Below are positions 38,715 through 48,586 of a stretch of DNA of 64,000 bases, piece by piece; position 1 is the stretch's first letter; each line of letters begins with the position of its first letter. Below the pieces are notes generated by a model. That model was not told the DNA's origin. It worked only from the letters and a program-made list of their open reading frames with translations, and made no database searches. Position numbers and translations under genes: made by a program. Source of the DNA: Candidatus Parcubacteria bacterium (GTDB lineage Bacteria; Patescibacteriota; Minisyncoccia; Phycocordibacterales; JAKFXT01). The stretch is taken from the NCBI GenBank assembly GCA_021414235.1, contig JAIOOV010000003.1, positions 37,560 through 101,559 on the forward strand. The letters are read 5' to 3'.

Positions 38715-39833
38715 ATGAGCAAGAAGATTCTCTTCGTGATTACCAAATCAAATTGGGGCGGCGCCCAGCGCTACGTCTTCAATATGGCTCGCGCCATGCA
38801 CGAAAAAGGATACGAGGTATCTGTTGCCGCAGGAACCGCAGGACTGCTCGCTGACAGACTGCGGGAGATTAATATCCCCTTCCGCGCGATCTCCGGCATG
38901 GGCCGCGACATGCGCCCTCTTTCTTCCGATATCCGCGCGTTCTTCTCTCTCGCTCGCATCATCCGCGAAGAGAAGCCGGATATCCTCCATCTCAACAGTT
39001 CCAAAGCTGGCGGCATGGGCGCCCTCCTCGGACGCATCCTTTCCGTACCTCGCATCATCTACACCGCGCATGGCTGGCCGACCAGGGAGAAGCGCTTCTT
39101 TCTCTCCCGCCTCCTCATCACATTCTTCTCCTGGCTTACTGCCGCTTTCGCCCACACAGTCATCGCGGTATCCCGCGCCGATCAGGAAGAAGCATCCGCG
39201 TGGCCATTCATGAGAAAGAAGCTCGTCACCATCCACAACGGAGTCGAAGCGCCTATGCTTCTCCCGCGCGAGGAAGCGCAGCAAGAGCTCGGCATAGAGA
39301 ATAAGGACGCCTGGCAACTCGGAACGATTGCGGAACTTCATCCCAACAAGAATCTCTCCGCCGCCATCCTTGCAGTGGCTGGATACAACGAAACGCATAC
39401 TAAGAAGATCGAGTACACCATCATCAGCGACGGAGAAGAACGAGAGAGACTGGAACACCTCATCGCCGAGAAAAATATAGGTGATTTCGTCCGCCTCGCC
39501 GGTTTCCGGAAGAACGCGACCTCCCTCCTTTCTGCCTTCGATGCTTTCCTCCTGCCCTCGATCAAAGAAGGCCTGCCTCTCACCCTCCTTGAAGCAGGGT
39601 TCGCAGGGCTTCCCACGATTGCTACCACCACGGGCGGTATCCCCGAGATCATCGAACAGAGAGAGACTGGCCTTCTTCTTGCCACGCCAGATACTGCTTC
39701 AATCGCGGATGCGCTTGCCGAGCTTTTCAATGAATATTCAACTCACCTTGGCGAACGCCTAAAAGAAAAAGTACGCGCTGATTTCTCCTTGGAGCGATGC
39801 GTCACGGACACCGTAGCTGTATACGAACGCTAG
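38715..39833 (+). CDS. Glycosyltransferase family 4
   Basis: ITKSNWGGAQRY; EGLPLTLLEAG. Confidence 0.92.
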   Translation: MSKKILFVITKSNWGGAQRYVFNMARAMHEKGYEVSVAAGTAGLLADRLREINIPFRAISGMGRDMRPLSSDIRAFFSLARIIREEKPDILHLNSSKAGGMGALLGRILSVPRIIYTAHGWPTREKRFFLSRLLITFFSWLTAAFAHTVIAVSRADQEEASAWPFMRKKLVTIHNGVEAPMLLPREEAQQELGIENKDAWQLGTIAELHPNKNLSAAILAVAGYNETHTKKIEYTIISDGEERERLEHLIAEKNIGDFVRLAGFRKNATSLLSAFDAFLLPSIKEGLPLTLLEAGFAGLPTIATTTGGIPEIIEQRETGLLLATPDTASIADALAELFNEYSTHLGERLKEKVRADFSLERCVTDTVAVYER

Positions 39834-40972
39834 ATCCCCAGGAATTCCCTGCTGGCGTCCTCACGATGCATCCCGCGGGAGTAGCGCCGCATACTCATGA
39901 GGAGACCTAACCCGAGAAAGGTAGTGATGAGATGAGAGCCGCCGTAGCTCATGAACGGCATAGTCACACCCGTCACCGGAAGCAGCCCGATATTCATACC
40001 GACATGGATGAGGAAGTGCGAGAGCAGGATCACCGCGAGCCCCGCCGCAAAGAGTGTTTCAAAATTAGTAGCCCCGTAGAGTGCAGAGCGCACCAGGCGG
40101 AAGATGACGATACCGTAGAGAAGAAAAAGTACGAGCACTCCGAGGAAGCCCCATTCCTCCGCAAAAGCGGCGAAGATGAAGTCAGTCTGATACTCCGGCA
40201 GGAATTGGAGCTTGGACTGAGTGCCGTAGCCGATACCCTTGCCCCACAGCTCTCCGGAGCCTACCGCGATGGTGGATTGATACGCGTTGTAGCCCGCGCC
40301 GCGAATGTCCGCGAGCGGATGGAGAAAAGTCTTCACGCGCTGCTGCTGATACGGCGCGAGCACGAAGAACCAGAGACAGACGGCTGCTACCGCAGCCCCT
40401 CCGAGCACCAGGAACAGGTGTTTTTTTGAGATGCCGGAAACGAGCACCATCCCGAACCACACCGAGCCGATGATGAGCGCCTGACCGAAGTCAGGCTGTA
40501 TGAATACGAGCCCGAAGAGAAGGCCTGCGTAGAGGCCGGAGATGAGGATATGGCGAAAGTTCGCGATCTCGATATGCCGTCGCGAAAAGTACTTGGCGAG
40601 AACCAACACCAGGATGAGCTTGGCGGGGTCGGACGGCTGCACCGCGAAGAGCCCCAGGTTGAACCAGCTCTGTGCTCCTTTGAATACTGACCCTACTGCG
40701 AAGAGCGCGAGGAGAGTGCCGATGGTCGCGAGGTATAGGAAGACGAGGACCCCCGTACGCCGTAGGAACCGCACGTCTATCCCTGCTACGAAAAAGAATA
40801 CGAGAAGCGCTAGACCAAGGAGAATGAACTGCTTCTCGAAGAAGTAATTCTCCCCCTCGAAGGAGTTCATGGTGAGAAGCCCTGCGCCGAGTATCGGCAC
40901 GAGCGCAGCAAAGAGCACCCAGTCCACCGAAGCGCGCAGCGCCTGGAAGTATTCCCCGAGCACGCGTCCCAT
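39830..40972 (-). CDS. rodA: SEDS protein RodA
   Basis: QPSDPAK, QPDFG, FLPEYQTDFIF, GVTMPFMSYGGS. Confidence 0.93.
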   Translation of the reverse strand: MGRVLGEYFQALRASVDWVLFAALVPILGAGLLTMNSFEGENYFFEKQFILLGLALLVFFFVAGIDVRFLRRTGVLVFLYLATIGTLLALFAVGSVFKGAQSWFNLGLFAVQPSDPAKLILVLVLAKYFSRRHIEIANFRHILISGLYAGLLFGLVFIQPDFGQALIIGSVWFGMVLVSGISKKHLFLVLGGAAVAAVCLWFFVLAPYQQQRVKTFLHPLADIRGAGYNAYQSTIAVGSGELWGKGIGYGTQSKLQFLPEYQTDFIFAAFAEEWGFLGVLVLFLLYGIVIFRLVRSALYGATNFETLFAAGLAVILLSHFLIHVGMNIGLLPVTGVTMPFMSYGGSHLITTFLGLGLLMSMRRYSRGMHREDASREFLGI

Positions 40973-40975
40973 AGA

Positions 40976-41728
40976 TTACTCGCCCTGCGGCACTAAGAAG
41001 TAAATACGCTCTGAGACCGCTGAGGAAGTGAAGGGCGCAAGCCAGGTGAAGACCACGTGGGCAGTGCCACCGCCCGCGATACGATCGATGATCGTCTTGG
41101 ACGCACCGATAGCGTTGTCTTCTTCATCATAGATAACGCCGATAGCTTCGATGTTGCGCAAGGTACTGACACCGGGGTTAGCCACATCAGCCTCCAAGAC
41201 AAGCGCCTGTTCATCAAAGGACTGATTTCTTATCGAGAGATCCGGCGGGCTCGTCTGCGGCCGCCACGCAGGTTCACTGGTGAACTCAAGGAAAGCGCGA
41301 GAAGGGATGCGGTTCCCTACCGGGATACCACCTTCGAAGATAGGAAACTGCGCGTTCGGGAGGATGTCGGCAACTCCGCGACGCTCGGCAATGAGGATAT
41401 TCTCCGTGTCATAGAGACGCAGCCGATAGCTGACATCTGAAGCACCGAGAGCGGGATTCGGATTGAGTACAAAAGCAGCGCCCGAAGCTACTCCCGGAGC
41501 GACGAAGAAGGAGCGAGTCCAGAGTACGCGCAGAGGCTGTGTCGCCGCAGCGCATATCTTGCTGCAAGAGCCGCCGCAATCCACCCCTTGTTCGTCCTGA
41601 TTGCGCTTCCCGTCCGAACAAGAGGGCTTGGGATAGATATACCAGAAGAGCGGAGCGAGAATGGCCGCCAAGATGAGCATCCCGAAGGAGGAATAGAGGA
41701 GTTTCCGGCGCGTCGCCCAGGTAGACAT
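40976..41728 (-). CDS. Membrane-anchored hypothetical protein with CxDG..NQDE.GVDCGG.C motif
   Basis: N-terminal TM, Cys motif, Ig-like tail. Confidence 0.75.
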   Translation of the reverse strand: MSTWATRRKLLYSSFGMLILAAILAPLFWYIYPKPSCSDGKRNQDEQGVDCGGSCSKICAAATQPLRVLWTRSFFVAPGVASGAAFVLNPNPALGASDVSYRLRLYDTENILIAERRGVADILPNAQFPIFEGGIPVGNRIPSRAFLEFTSEPAWRPQTSPPDLSIRNQSFDEQALVLEADVANPGVSTLRNIEAIGVIYDEEDNAIGASKTIIDRIAGGGTAHVVFTWLAPFTSSAVSERIYFLVPQGE

Positions 41729-41744
41729 GCGGATATTGTAACAG

Positions 41745-41784
41745 AAAATAAATAGCCCCGCCGGGAGGCGGGGCTATTTATTTT
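41745..41784 (-). terminator. Terminator of the 23S-5S transcript
   Basis: AAAATAAATAGCCCCGCC-GGGA-GGCGGGGCTATTTATTTT. Confidence 0.9.
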
Positions 41785-41815
41785 ACGATCTAAAATGAGT
41801 CATTGAATGCTTTAA

Positions 41816-41920
41816 CCTGGCGACTACCTACTTTCCCCTTGCGAGTATCATCGGCACTACGGTGCTTAACGGCTCTGTTCGGAATGGGAAGAGGTGTGGC
41901 CACCGCGTTAAATCACCAGA
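41816..41920 (-). rRNA. rrf: 5S rRNA (short, about 105 nt)
   Basis: TCTGGTG...CCCATTCCGAAC...GTAGGTAGTCGCCAGG; flanking CATTGAAT/ATTCAATG stem. Confidence 0.93.
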
Positions 41921-41939
41921 TTGAAGGATTCAATGTCAT

Positions 41940-42166
41940 AAGCAGGAAGAACGGGGAGGGGGAGCTAGTCCGAGAGTTAAGGATATCTCCTAAGGATCAA
42001 AGGTGGCGGTCTGGCACCCTAGTCATCCGAAGAAAAAACCACACTCTCAAGGATTCGCCGTCACACCCTCCCCTGCGCCGCACCACGTCTCTCCGGAGAG
42101 ACTTTCCCTTGCTCCTCAATCGCCATCGAGAGAAACAAGGGTAGGTACGGCATGTCTGCCCTGCTT
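41940..42166 (-). ncRNA. Unidentified multi-branched structured RNA in the 23S-5S spacer
   Basis: Closing stem AAGCAGG/CCTGCTT with at least five internal helices. Confidence 0.5.
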
Positions 42167-43171
42167 TTTAACGAATTCGAGTAAGTATGTCAAACAATGC
42201 GTGCTTCACAGATACCCTGACGGGAGTCGACGGATTAGTAGTTCTCGGCTCAACGCCTTGCGGCGCTTACACCTGAACCCTATCAACGTGATAATCTCTC
42301 ACGGGTCTAATAACGATTACTAATCTTGGAGCTGGCTTCCCTCTTAGATGCTTTCAGAGGTTATCCATTCCCGACATAGCTACTCTGCGGTGCCCTTGGC
42401 AGGACAGCAGATAGACCAGAGGTCAGTTCACTTCGGTCCTCTCGTACTAGAAGTAACTCTCCTCAATAATCAACGCCTGCAGTAGATAGGAGACCAACCT
42501 GTCTCACGACGGTTTGAACCCAGCTCACGTACCTTTTTAATTGGCGAACAGCCAAACCCTTGGAAGCTTCTCCACCTCCAGGATAAGATGAGCCGACATC
42601 GAGGTGCCGAACTCTGCCGTCGATATGAACTCTTGGGCAGAACTAGCCTGTTATCCCCAGGGTAGCTTTTATCCGTTAATCTCCGGCCGCATCTAACGCG
42701 GACCGTCGGTTCACTATGTTCCACTTTCGTGCTTGCTTGGCATGTACGCCTTGCAATCAAGCCACCTTGTGCCATTACACTATCGGCACGGTTTCCATTC
42801 GCGCCTAGGTGACCTTGATAAACTCCTCCGTTACTTTTTAGGAGGATATCGCCCCAATAAAACTACCCACCAGATACGGTCCCGTAACGTTTTTTCCGTT
42901 ATGGTTAGCTGGTGCATTCGCGCAGAATGGTATTTCACTGACGAGTCCAGAATGACCGAAACCATTCCTTCAACCTCTCCCATCTATTCTACGCAGCGCA
43001 AACGCAACAGCAATATCAAGCTATAGTAAAGCTCCTGGGGTCTTTTCGTCTAACTGCAGGTAACCGGCATCTTCACCGGTACTGTATTTTCACCGAGCTA
43101 TTCCCCGAGACAGTTCCCCAGTCATTACACTATTCGTGCGCGTCTGAACTTACCAGACAAGGAATTTCGCT

Positions 43172-43376
43172 CAACTATTCCTCTCAGTTGGACTCTCTCT
43201 TAACCCACTTTTGCAAGTTTGGGTCCGTGACGTTGGTCTCTCGTTGATCACGTTGGACTATCCGCGTATCTCGACGCGGTAGGTAGCTGGAAGTGCAATG
43301 ATTATTGTTTTATAACGGTTTACCTTTTTCTATAACGGTCCCAGTCCTTGTGCGCACGAATTACTTCGTTCGCACA
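43172..43376 (-). mobile_element. ORF-less group I-type intron at 23S position 1931 (E. coli numbering), 205 nt
   Basis: Interrupts CCUAAGGU|AGCGAAAU; follows a U and ends in G; S-like UAAGAGAGAGUCC with P8 and P9 hairpins. Confidence 0.8.
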
Positions 43377-43411
<35 letters not shown>

Positions 43412-44120
43412 CAGGGCTTGCAACAGTCACCACCACATCTTGCGACATGGCAACGCCGTTGTTTGACCTTCTGGCATTGGTCAAGTGTCACCCCCTATAC
43501 ATCCTCTTACGAGTTCGCAGGGAGCTGTGTTTTTGGTAAACAGTTGCCAGGGATACTTTCGCTGCGCCCGTCTTGCGACGGGAAGCCTTATTCCGAAGTT
43601 ACGGCTGCTTTTTTGCCGAGTTCCTTGGGGAAATTTCACTCGTTCGCCTTGCTCTACTCGAGCTGACCACCTGTGTCGGTTTGCGGTACGGTTTCCTGCA
43701 TATTGAAGCTTAGAAGATTTTCTTGGAAGGCTCTTCGGAAGGCTCCCCCGCTTGCGCAGAGTCGTACGAATGAACGAAGTTCGCATTTAAGCGAGTATCC
43801 CGGATTTTCCTGGGATACGCTTCTCATCACCCATAATGCAAATCCAATAATGCACCTTTCCTTGTGTCCTCCGTCCCTCCATCGCATATGCACGAAGTCA
43901 TGGAATATTAACCATGTGTCCATTAGGTGCGGCTTTCGCCATCCCCTTAGGCCCGACTAACCCTTGGCTGATTGTCATCGCCAAGGAAACCTCGGTCTTT
44001 CGGCGTGGCGCGTTCTCAGCGCCATTGTGGTTACTTGTGCCAACATTCTTACTTCCACACGCTCCAGAGTGGGTCACCCCTTCTCCTTCATCGCAGAGTG
44101 GAATATTCTCCTACCGCTCA

Positions 44121-44277
44121 TGAGTTCCATTGAGGAGGCGAAGTGATACCTTCGCCAAAGAACAATATTTGTTGGTCGCCCCGGATGGAGTAGAACCATC
44201 GACCCCTCGTTTGCACGAGTGCTCTTCTATCCTGAGCTACGGGACGACTACCCAACAAACTTCCTCAATGGAACTCA
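44121..44277 (-). other. Intervening sequence in 23S helix 45
   Basis: Perfect 16-bp stem TGAGTTCCATTGAGGA/TCCTCAATGGAACTCA between conserved flanks CTCCTACC and CAGTTTCGGT. Confidence 0.85.
44173..44246 (-). ncRNA. tRNA-like element lacking an anticodon loop, inside the 23S IVS
   Basis: CGUCCCG-UA-GCUC(AGGAUAGAA)GAGC-A-CUCGU(GCAA)ACGAG-GGGUC-GAUGG(UUCUACU)CCAUC-CGGGGCG-A-CCA. Confidence 0.85.
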
Positions 44278-44359
44278 CAAGCCCTCAGTTTCGGTACTAC
44301 GCTTAAGCCCCGATTATTTGCGGCGCGAAATCTCTTGATGAGTGAGCTGTTACGCTTTC

Positions 44360-44391
<32 letters not shown>

Positions 44392-44968
44392 TCATTGTCG
44401 GAGAAATAACACCTCCTTTAGTGCACTGAGCGTAGATTTAGGGACCTTAACCGGAGATCAGGGCTGTTTCCCTTTACACCTGTGAAGCTTAGCCCCCACG
44501 GTGTTACTGCCGAGTAATTACTCTTGGTATTCGGAGTTTGATAGGTCTCGCGAGCTTTCGCCCTGTCGAGACCTTCCAGTGCTCTACCCCCAAGAGATAC
44601 GCTCGACGCTATGCCTAAACATATTTCGGAGAAAACCAGCTATTACCAGGTTCGGTTAGCTTTTCACTCCAACCCACAAGTCATCCGAGAGTGTTGAACG
44701 GCTCACCGGTTCGGGCCTCCATCTGTCTTTCGACAAACTTCACCCTGCTCATGGGTAGCTCACCTGGCTTCGGGTCTGATGCATACTACTTAATTTCGCG
44801 CTATTCACACTCGGTTTCCCTATGGCTCCGGCCTCGCGGCCTTAGCCGTGCAGCATGCATCAACTCGTTGGCTCATTCTTCAATAGGCACGCCATGACGG
44901 TCTTGCGACCGCTCTGACTCCTTGTAAGCACACGGTTTCAGGTCTATTTCACTGTCCTCACTGGACTG

Positions 44969-45007
<39 letters not shown>

Positions 45008-45775
45008 ATTTGAGAGTATTTAGCCTTGCCGGTTAGTTCCGGCGGATTCACTCAAGCTTTTCGTGTCCTGAGTTACTCAAGAATGGCAAAAGAAAGTTGG
45101 CTGCATTTTCGGCTACAGGGCTGTTACCTTCTCGGGCGCTGCTTCCCAGCAGCTTCGCCTAATGCGCCAATTTTTAACTTTCCGAACATAAATGTTCATA
45201 TGCCACCTTACAACCCCTAGTCTCACTATCGGTCAACATTTGCATGCGGACCGAAAGTAAGACTAGGTTTGGGCTCTTTCCGTTTCGCTCGCCGCTACTA
45301 AGGAAATACTGTTTGGTTTCTTTTCCTCCAGGTACTGAGATGTTTCACTTCCCTGGGTGCGCGTCCTGGATCAAGTCGCAGGACTATAGCGGTTCACGCT
45401 ATAGGGTTTCCCCATTCGGAGATCTTCGGATCAAAGGTTGCTAGGCACCTCCCCGAAGCTTATCGCAGCTATGCTACGTCCTTCATCGCCTCTCAAATCC
45501 TAGGCATCCACCGTGTGCTCTTAATCTCCCGTCAGGAGATCTATGAATCACTACTTTGTTGTCTTACTTACCTGCCCCTCTCCATCGCCCTAAAAGACCC
45601 TTAAGCCCCGCTTGCGCGGGAAAAGGAGGCGGCGTGAGGGAATGAAGTTGTCAACGTTCGTGGATTCGGTCGATTCTCCCAACAAAAAACCCGCCTTCCG
45701 GCGGGCAGAGCAACTGGCTCGTCCTACCGGTTAACAGTGAGGTTTTTTGTCGTAGCCATAGTCAGAATGAGGGTA

Positions 45776-45803
45776 AGTATACGGATATATAGATAGCTGT
45801 CAA
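45776..45803 (-). promoter_or_regulatory. 23S-5S promoter
   Basis: TTGACA-16 bp-TATACT; boxA-like GAACGTTGACAA at 45659-45648. Confidence 0.8.
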
Positions 45804-45852
45804 CAAACCCTGAAGAGGGGCAAAAGGAGGCCTAAATATGGCCATAAACGGC

Positions 45853-45884
45853 AAATCCCCACCGCTCAAAGAGCGGTGGGGATT
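45853..45884 (-). terminator. Intrinsic terminator
   Basis: AAATCCCCACCGCTC-AAA-GAGCGGTGGGGATTT. Confidence 0.8.
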
Positions 45885-45896
45885 TGGAGTAAAAGA

Positions 45897-46583
45897 CTAC
45901 TTGTCTGCGAGTTCCTTGCGGGTGCGGTCGATGAGCTTGGCTGCTGCATCCTGGCCGCCGAGGCCGAAGGCGAGGCCCACCGCGATGGAGATGGCCACCA
46001 CGAAGCCAGTGAAGAGTGTCTGGACAAAAGGAGCCGCCACGCCGAGCTGATAGAGCGCGGTAAGGATGGCGAAGATCCAGATGGACCACTTGGTCACTCC
46101 CGCGAGGAAGTTGGCCGAGGAGACGCCGGCCGCGCGCGCAGCGCCACCCACCACTTCCTTCATAGTCTCAGCCACCACGCCTGCCACAAGGAGGACAAGG
46201 ATGGCTACGATGACCTGCGGCAAGTAGAGGAGCACTACCTGCTGGAGGAAGATGTTCACCTGCACCAGACCCAAGACATCAAAAGATGCGATGAGGAAAG
46301 AAACGATGACAAACCACTCCACGAGGAGGCCCAAGAACTTACCGGAATTGAGCCTAAAGCCCGCACGAGAGACGAGCACGCCGATACCAGCGCCCTCGAG
46401 CACCTCGTCGATGCGGAGCATGTCGATCACTCGAGCGATCGCACGCGCGAGGAGAGAGCCCACCACCCAACCGGCGAGGAAGATGATGACTGCTAATAAG
46501 ACCTTCGGCAGGAAGGCCACGAGCCCGAAACCGAGATCCTGGAACGAGCGCAAGAGCACGTCGCCCCACATTTCAAGTGCCAT
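45897..46583 (-). CDS. Conserved TM-helix repeat protein (MscS/CmpX-like)
   Basis: Repeated FLPKVLLA / YLPQVIVA units; GLAFGLGG. Confidence 0.85.
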   Translation of the reverse strand: MALEMWGDVLLRSFQDLGFGLVAFLPKVLLAVIIFLAGWVVGSLLARAIARVIDMLRIDEVLEGAGIGVLVSRAGFRLNSGKFLGLLVEWFVIVSFLIASFDVLGLVQVNIFLQQVVLLYLPQVIVAILVLLVAGVVAETMKEVVGGAARAAGVSSANFLAGVTKWSIWIFAILTALYQLGVAAPFVQTLFTGFVVAISIAVGLAFGLGGQDAAAKLIDRTRKELADK

Positions 46584-46655
46584 ACGTATGTTAAACGCGA
46601 CCGCATGATAGCGGCGCAACTATGCTAGTAAAGAACAATGAAATTGTAGCACCCT

Positions 46656-47279
46656 CTAGACACGCGCTGCAGCACGTCGTGTGGATAAGCCAGTCTGCCG
46701 AGCGAGGTCGTAACGATCAACGATGACCCGATGCGGGTAATCAAACACATCGCGCACGAGCTTGTCATAGATATTCAAACGATAGTCGAAGTCCGCACCA
46801 GAGAGCACCGCATAGCGGAGCTCTCTGGTGCACTCGAGCTCGAGTTCGCGCACCGCCTTCTCCAGATGCTTCCTCTTAAGCTTGTCCCCCACGATAAGGA
46901 GATCGAGACGGCTCTCCGGATTGTCCACGAAGAAGCCAGCGGAAACCAGGAGCTTCATCGTGCCCGCCTTAGTGAAGCGCTCCTTAAGCTGGGCATCCCC
47001 GAAAGGGGCTATCTCTCGTACCAGCTCGCGGAGGACATCCGCATGCGGGAACTGACGGTTGAGAGAGAGCCTGACCTCCTTCTTGCCGCGGAGCGGGGTG
47101 CGCTCCATGACGAGCCCCATGCTCTTGAGGGAGGAGAGTTCCCGACGAGCTTTCTTAGCGTCTACGCCGGTGCGCTTGCGGATATGTTCCCCATCGAAAG
47201 CAGTAGTCGGATTGAACAGGAAGAGACGAAGGAGCTTAGCCATGCGTTCTCCACCGAAGAGCTTAGGGGCGATATCCAT
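46656..47279 (-). CDS. HTH plus nucleotidyltransferase-like protein
   Basis: LFGG..AKLLRLFLFNP; LDLLIVGD. Confidence 0.7.
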   Translation of the reverse strand: MDIAPKLFGGERMAKLLRLFLFNPTTAFDGEHIRKRTGVDAKKARRELSSLKSMGLVMERTPLRGKKEVRLSLNRQFPHADVLRELVREIAPFGDAQLKERFTKAGTMKLLVSAGFFVDNPESRLDLLIVGDKLKRKHLEKAVRELELECTRELRYAVLSGADFDYRLNIYDKLVRDVFDYPHRVIVDRYDLARQTGLSTRRAAARV

Positions 47280-47312
47280 AGGTGGCTCAATAGTACTAAA
47301 GGGGTCTAAAAA

Positions 47313-47343
47313 GAAAAGTCCCGCCTTCGGGCGGGACTTTTCT
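47313..47343 (-). terminator. rplJL terminator
   Basis: GAAAAGTCCCGCC-TTCG-GGCGGGACTTTTC. Confidence 0.9.
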
Positions 47344-47359
47344 GCGAGAAAGATAGGGC

Positions 47360-47755
47360 TTATTTCAGCTCCACCTTGCCGCCTGCCTCTTCGATCTTCT
47401 TCTTGAGAGCTTCTGCCTCTTCCTTCTTCAAGCCTTGCTTGAGCTTGGAAGGAGCGGCATCCACGAGATCCTTGGCTTCCTTGAGGCCGAGAGCGAGGGC
47501 CTCCTTGACCACCTTGATGACGGCGATCTTGTTGGCACCTGCTTCCTTGAGCTCGACATCGAAAGAGGACTTCTCTTCGGCCGCCGATGCTCCGGCACCC
47601 GGGGCTGCCGCAACTGCGACCGCAGCTGCAGAGACACCGAAGCGCTTCTCGAGAAGCTTCACGAGTTCATGGAGGTCGAGCACACTGAGCGCCTCGATGG
47701 AATCCACGAACGACTTGAACTTCGCCGGTACTTCTACCTGAGTGTTTTCGTCCAT
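47360..47755 (-). CDS. rplL: 50S ribosomal protein L7/L12
   Basis: [29 protein letters not shown]. Confidence 0.98.
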   Translation of the reverse strand: MDENTQVEVPAKFKSFVDSIEALSVLDLHELVKLLEKRFGVSAAAVAVAAAPGAGASAAEEKSSFDVELKEAGANKIAVIKVVKEALALGLKEAKDLVDAAPSKLKQGLKKEEAEALKKKIEEAGGKVELK

Positions 47756-47789
47756 ACGTTTGAGATGATTGATAAGTTAAGTGATTCGC

Positions 47790-48368
47790 TTAGACCGTAG
47801 CTACTTCGCCTGAAGGCTCCGAAGCCGGAGCTGCTTCTGCCGCAGGAGCGACTGCTTCGGGAGCTGCGGGAGCCGCAGTACCCTTTGATTCCGCGATTGC
47901 ACTCAGCGCCAATACGAGGCCCTGGATCGGCGAGTTGATGAGATTCAACAGCTGGCCATAGAGCACCGGCATGGACGGAATGGATGCGATCGAAACCATC
48001 TTTTCGCGCTCGGCGTAAGTACCTTCGAAGATACCACCGACGATAGAGACGTTGTCCTTCAGCTTCTTCTCGAAGCTGTAGACTTCGCGCGCAGGAGCCA
48101 TAAGGTCCTCTGTGCTGTACGCAATCGCGATCTCGCCTGGAAGCTCCGGTACGGAGCCCTCGAAGCCGAGCTTCTCCAGCACGCGACGGAGAAGGGTCTT
48201 CTTAGCCACGAAGTAGCCCACGCCCTTGGAGCGGAGTTCCTTGCGGAGGGCTGTCGTGTTGGCGACATTGAGCCCGTGGAAATTCACGAAGACCGCAGAA
48301 GAGATGCCGGTGAGGGCTTTCTCCGCCTTCTCCATTATTCCCTGCTTGTCTTTCTTGCTGATTGCCAT
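47790..48368 (-). CDS. rplJ: 50S ribosomal protein L10
   Basis: ALRKELR...VAKKTL; directly upstream of rplL. Confidence 0.96.
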   Translation of the reverse strand: MAISKKDKQGIMEKAEKALTGISSAVFVNFHGLNVANTTALRKELRSKGVGYFVAKKTLLRRVLEKLGFEGSVPELPGEIAIAYSTEDLMAPAREVYSFEKKLKDNVSIVGGIFEGTYAEREKMVSIASIPSMPVLYGQLLNLINSPIQGLVLALSAIAESKGTAAPAAPEAVAPAAEAAPASEPSGEVATV

Positions 48369-48439
48369 AGTTTCTTCTTTTTATAGGGGCAAACAAAAAG
48401 CCCCTTACAGGGCTCTCACCCAGCTGAGCTGGGACGTAG

Positions 48440-48500
48440 ATTCGACCTTCGGTAGGCTAGATTAAGGCTCTTGCGAGCCGCCTACTGTCTTGAGGCCTGT
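48440..48500 (-). promoter_or_regulatory. L10 ribosomal protein leader
   Basis: CAAGACAGTAGG...TTAAT...CCTACCGAAGGT upstream of rplJ. Confidence 0.8.
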
Positions 48501-48538
48501 GAGGAGGATAGTACCGAGAGACTGGCTTGGTGTCAAAC

Positions 48539-48570
48539 GAAACCGGCCCCGCTAAAGCGGGGCCGGTTTC
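48539..48570 (-). terminator. Intrinsic terminator
   Basis: GAAACCGGCCCCGC-TAAA-GCGGGGCCGGTTTC. Confidence 0.85.
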
Positions 48571-48586
48571 TTCCTGCTCTTCCCGG

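Noticed and set aside
41940-42166. RNase P RNA or SRP RNA identity for the spacer RNA
   Set aside because: GGGAAAGUC is present, but the P4 partner motif and the SRP helix-8 motif were not found.
43030-43050. 23S A2057 as an acquired macrolide-resistance mutation
   Set aside because: Appears compensated by U at about 2611; a natural lineage variant.
44173-44246. Calling the embedded element a functional tRNA-Cys(GCA) or tRNA-Ala(UGC)
   Set aside because: The anticodon arm has only a 4-nt loop on a 5-bp stem, no register gives a 7-nt loop, and the D-loop GG is misplaced.
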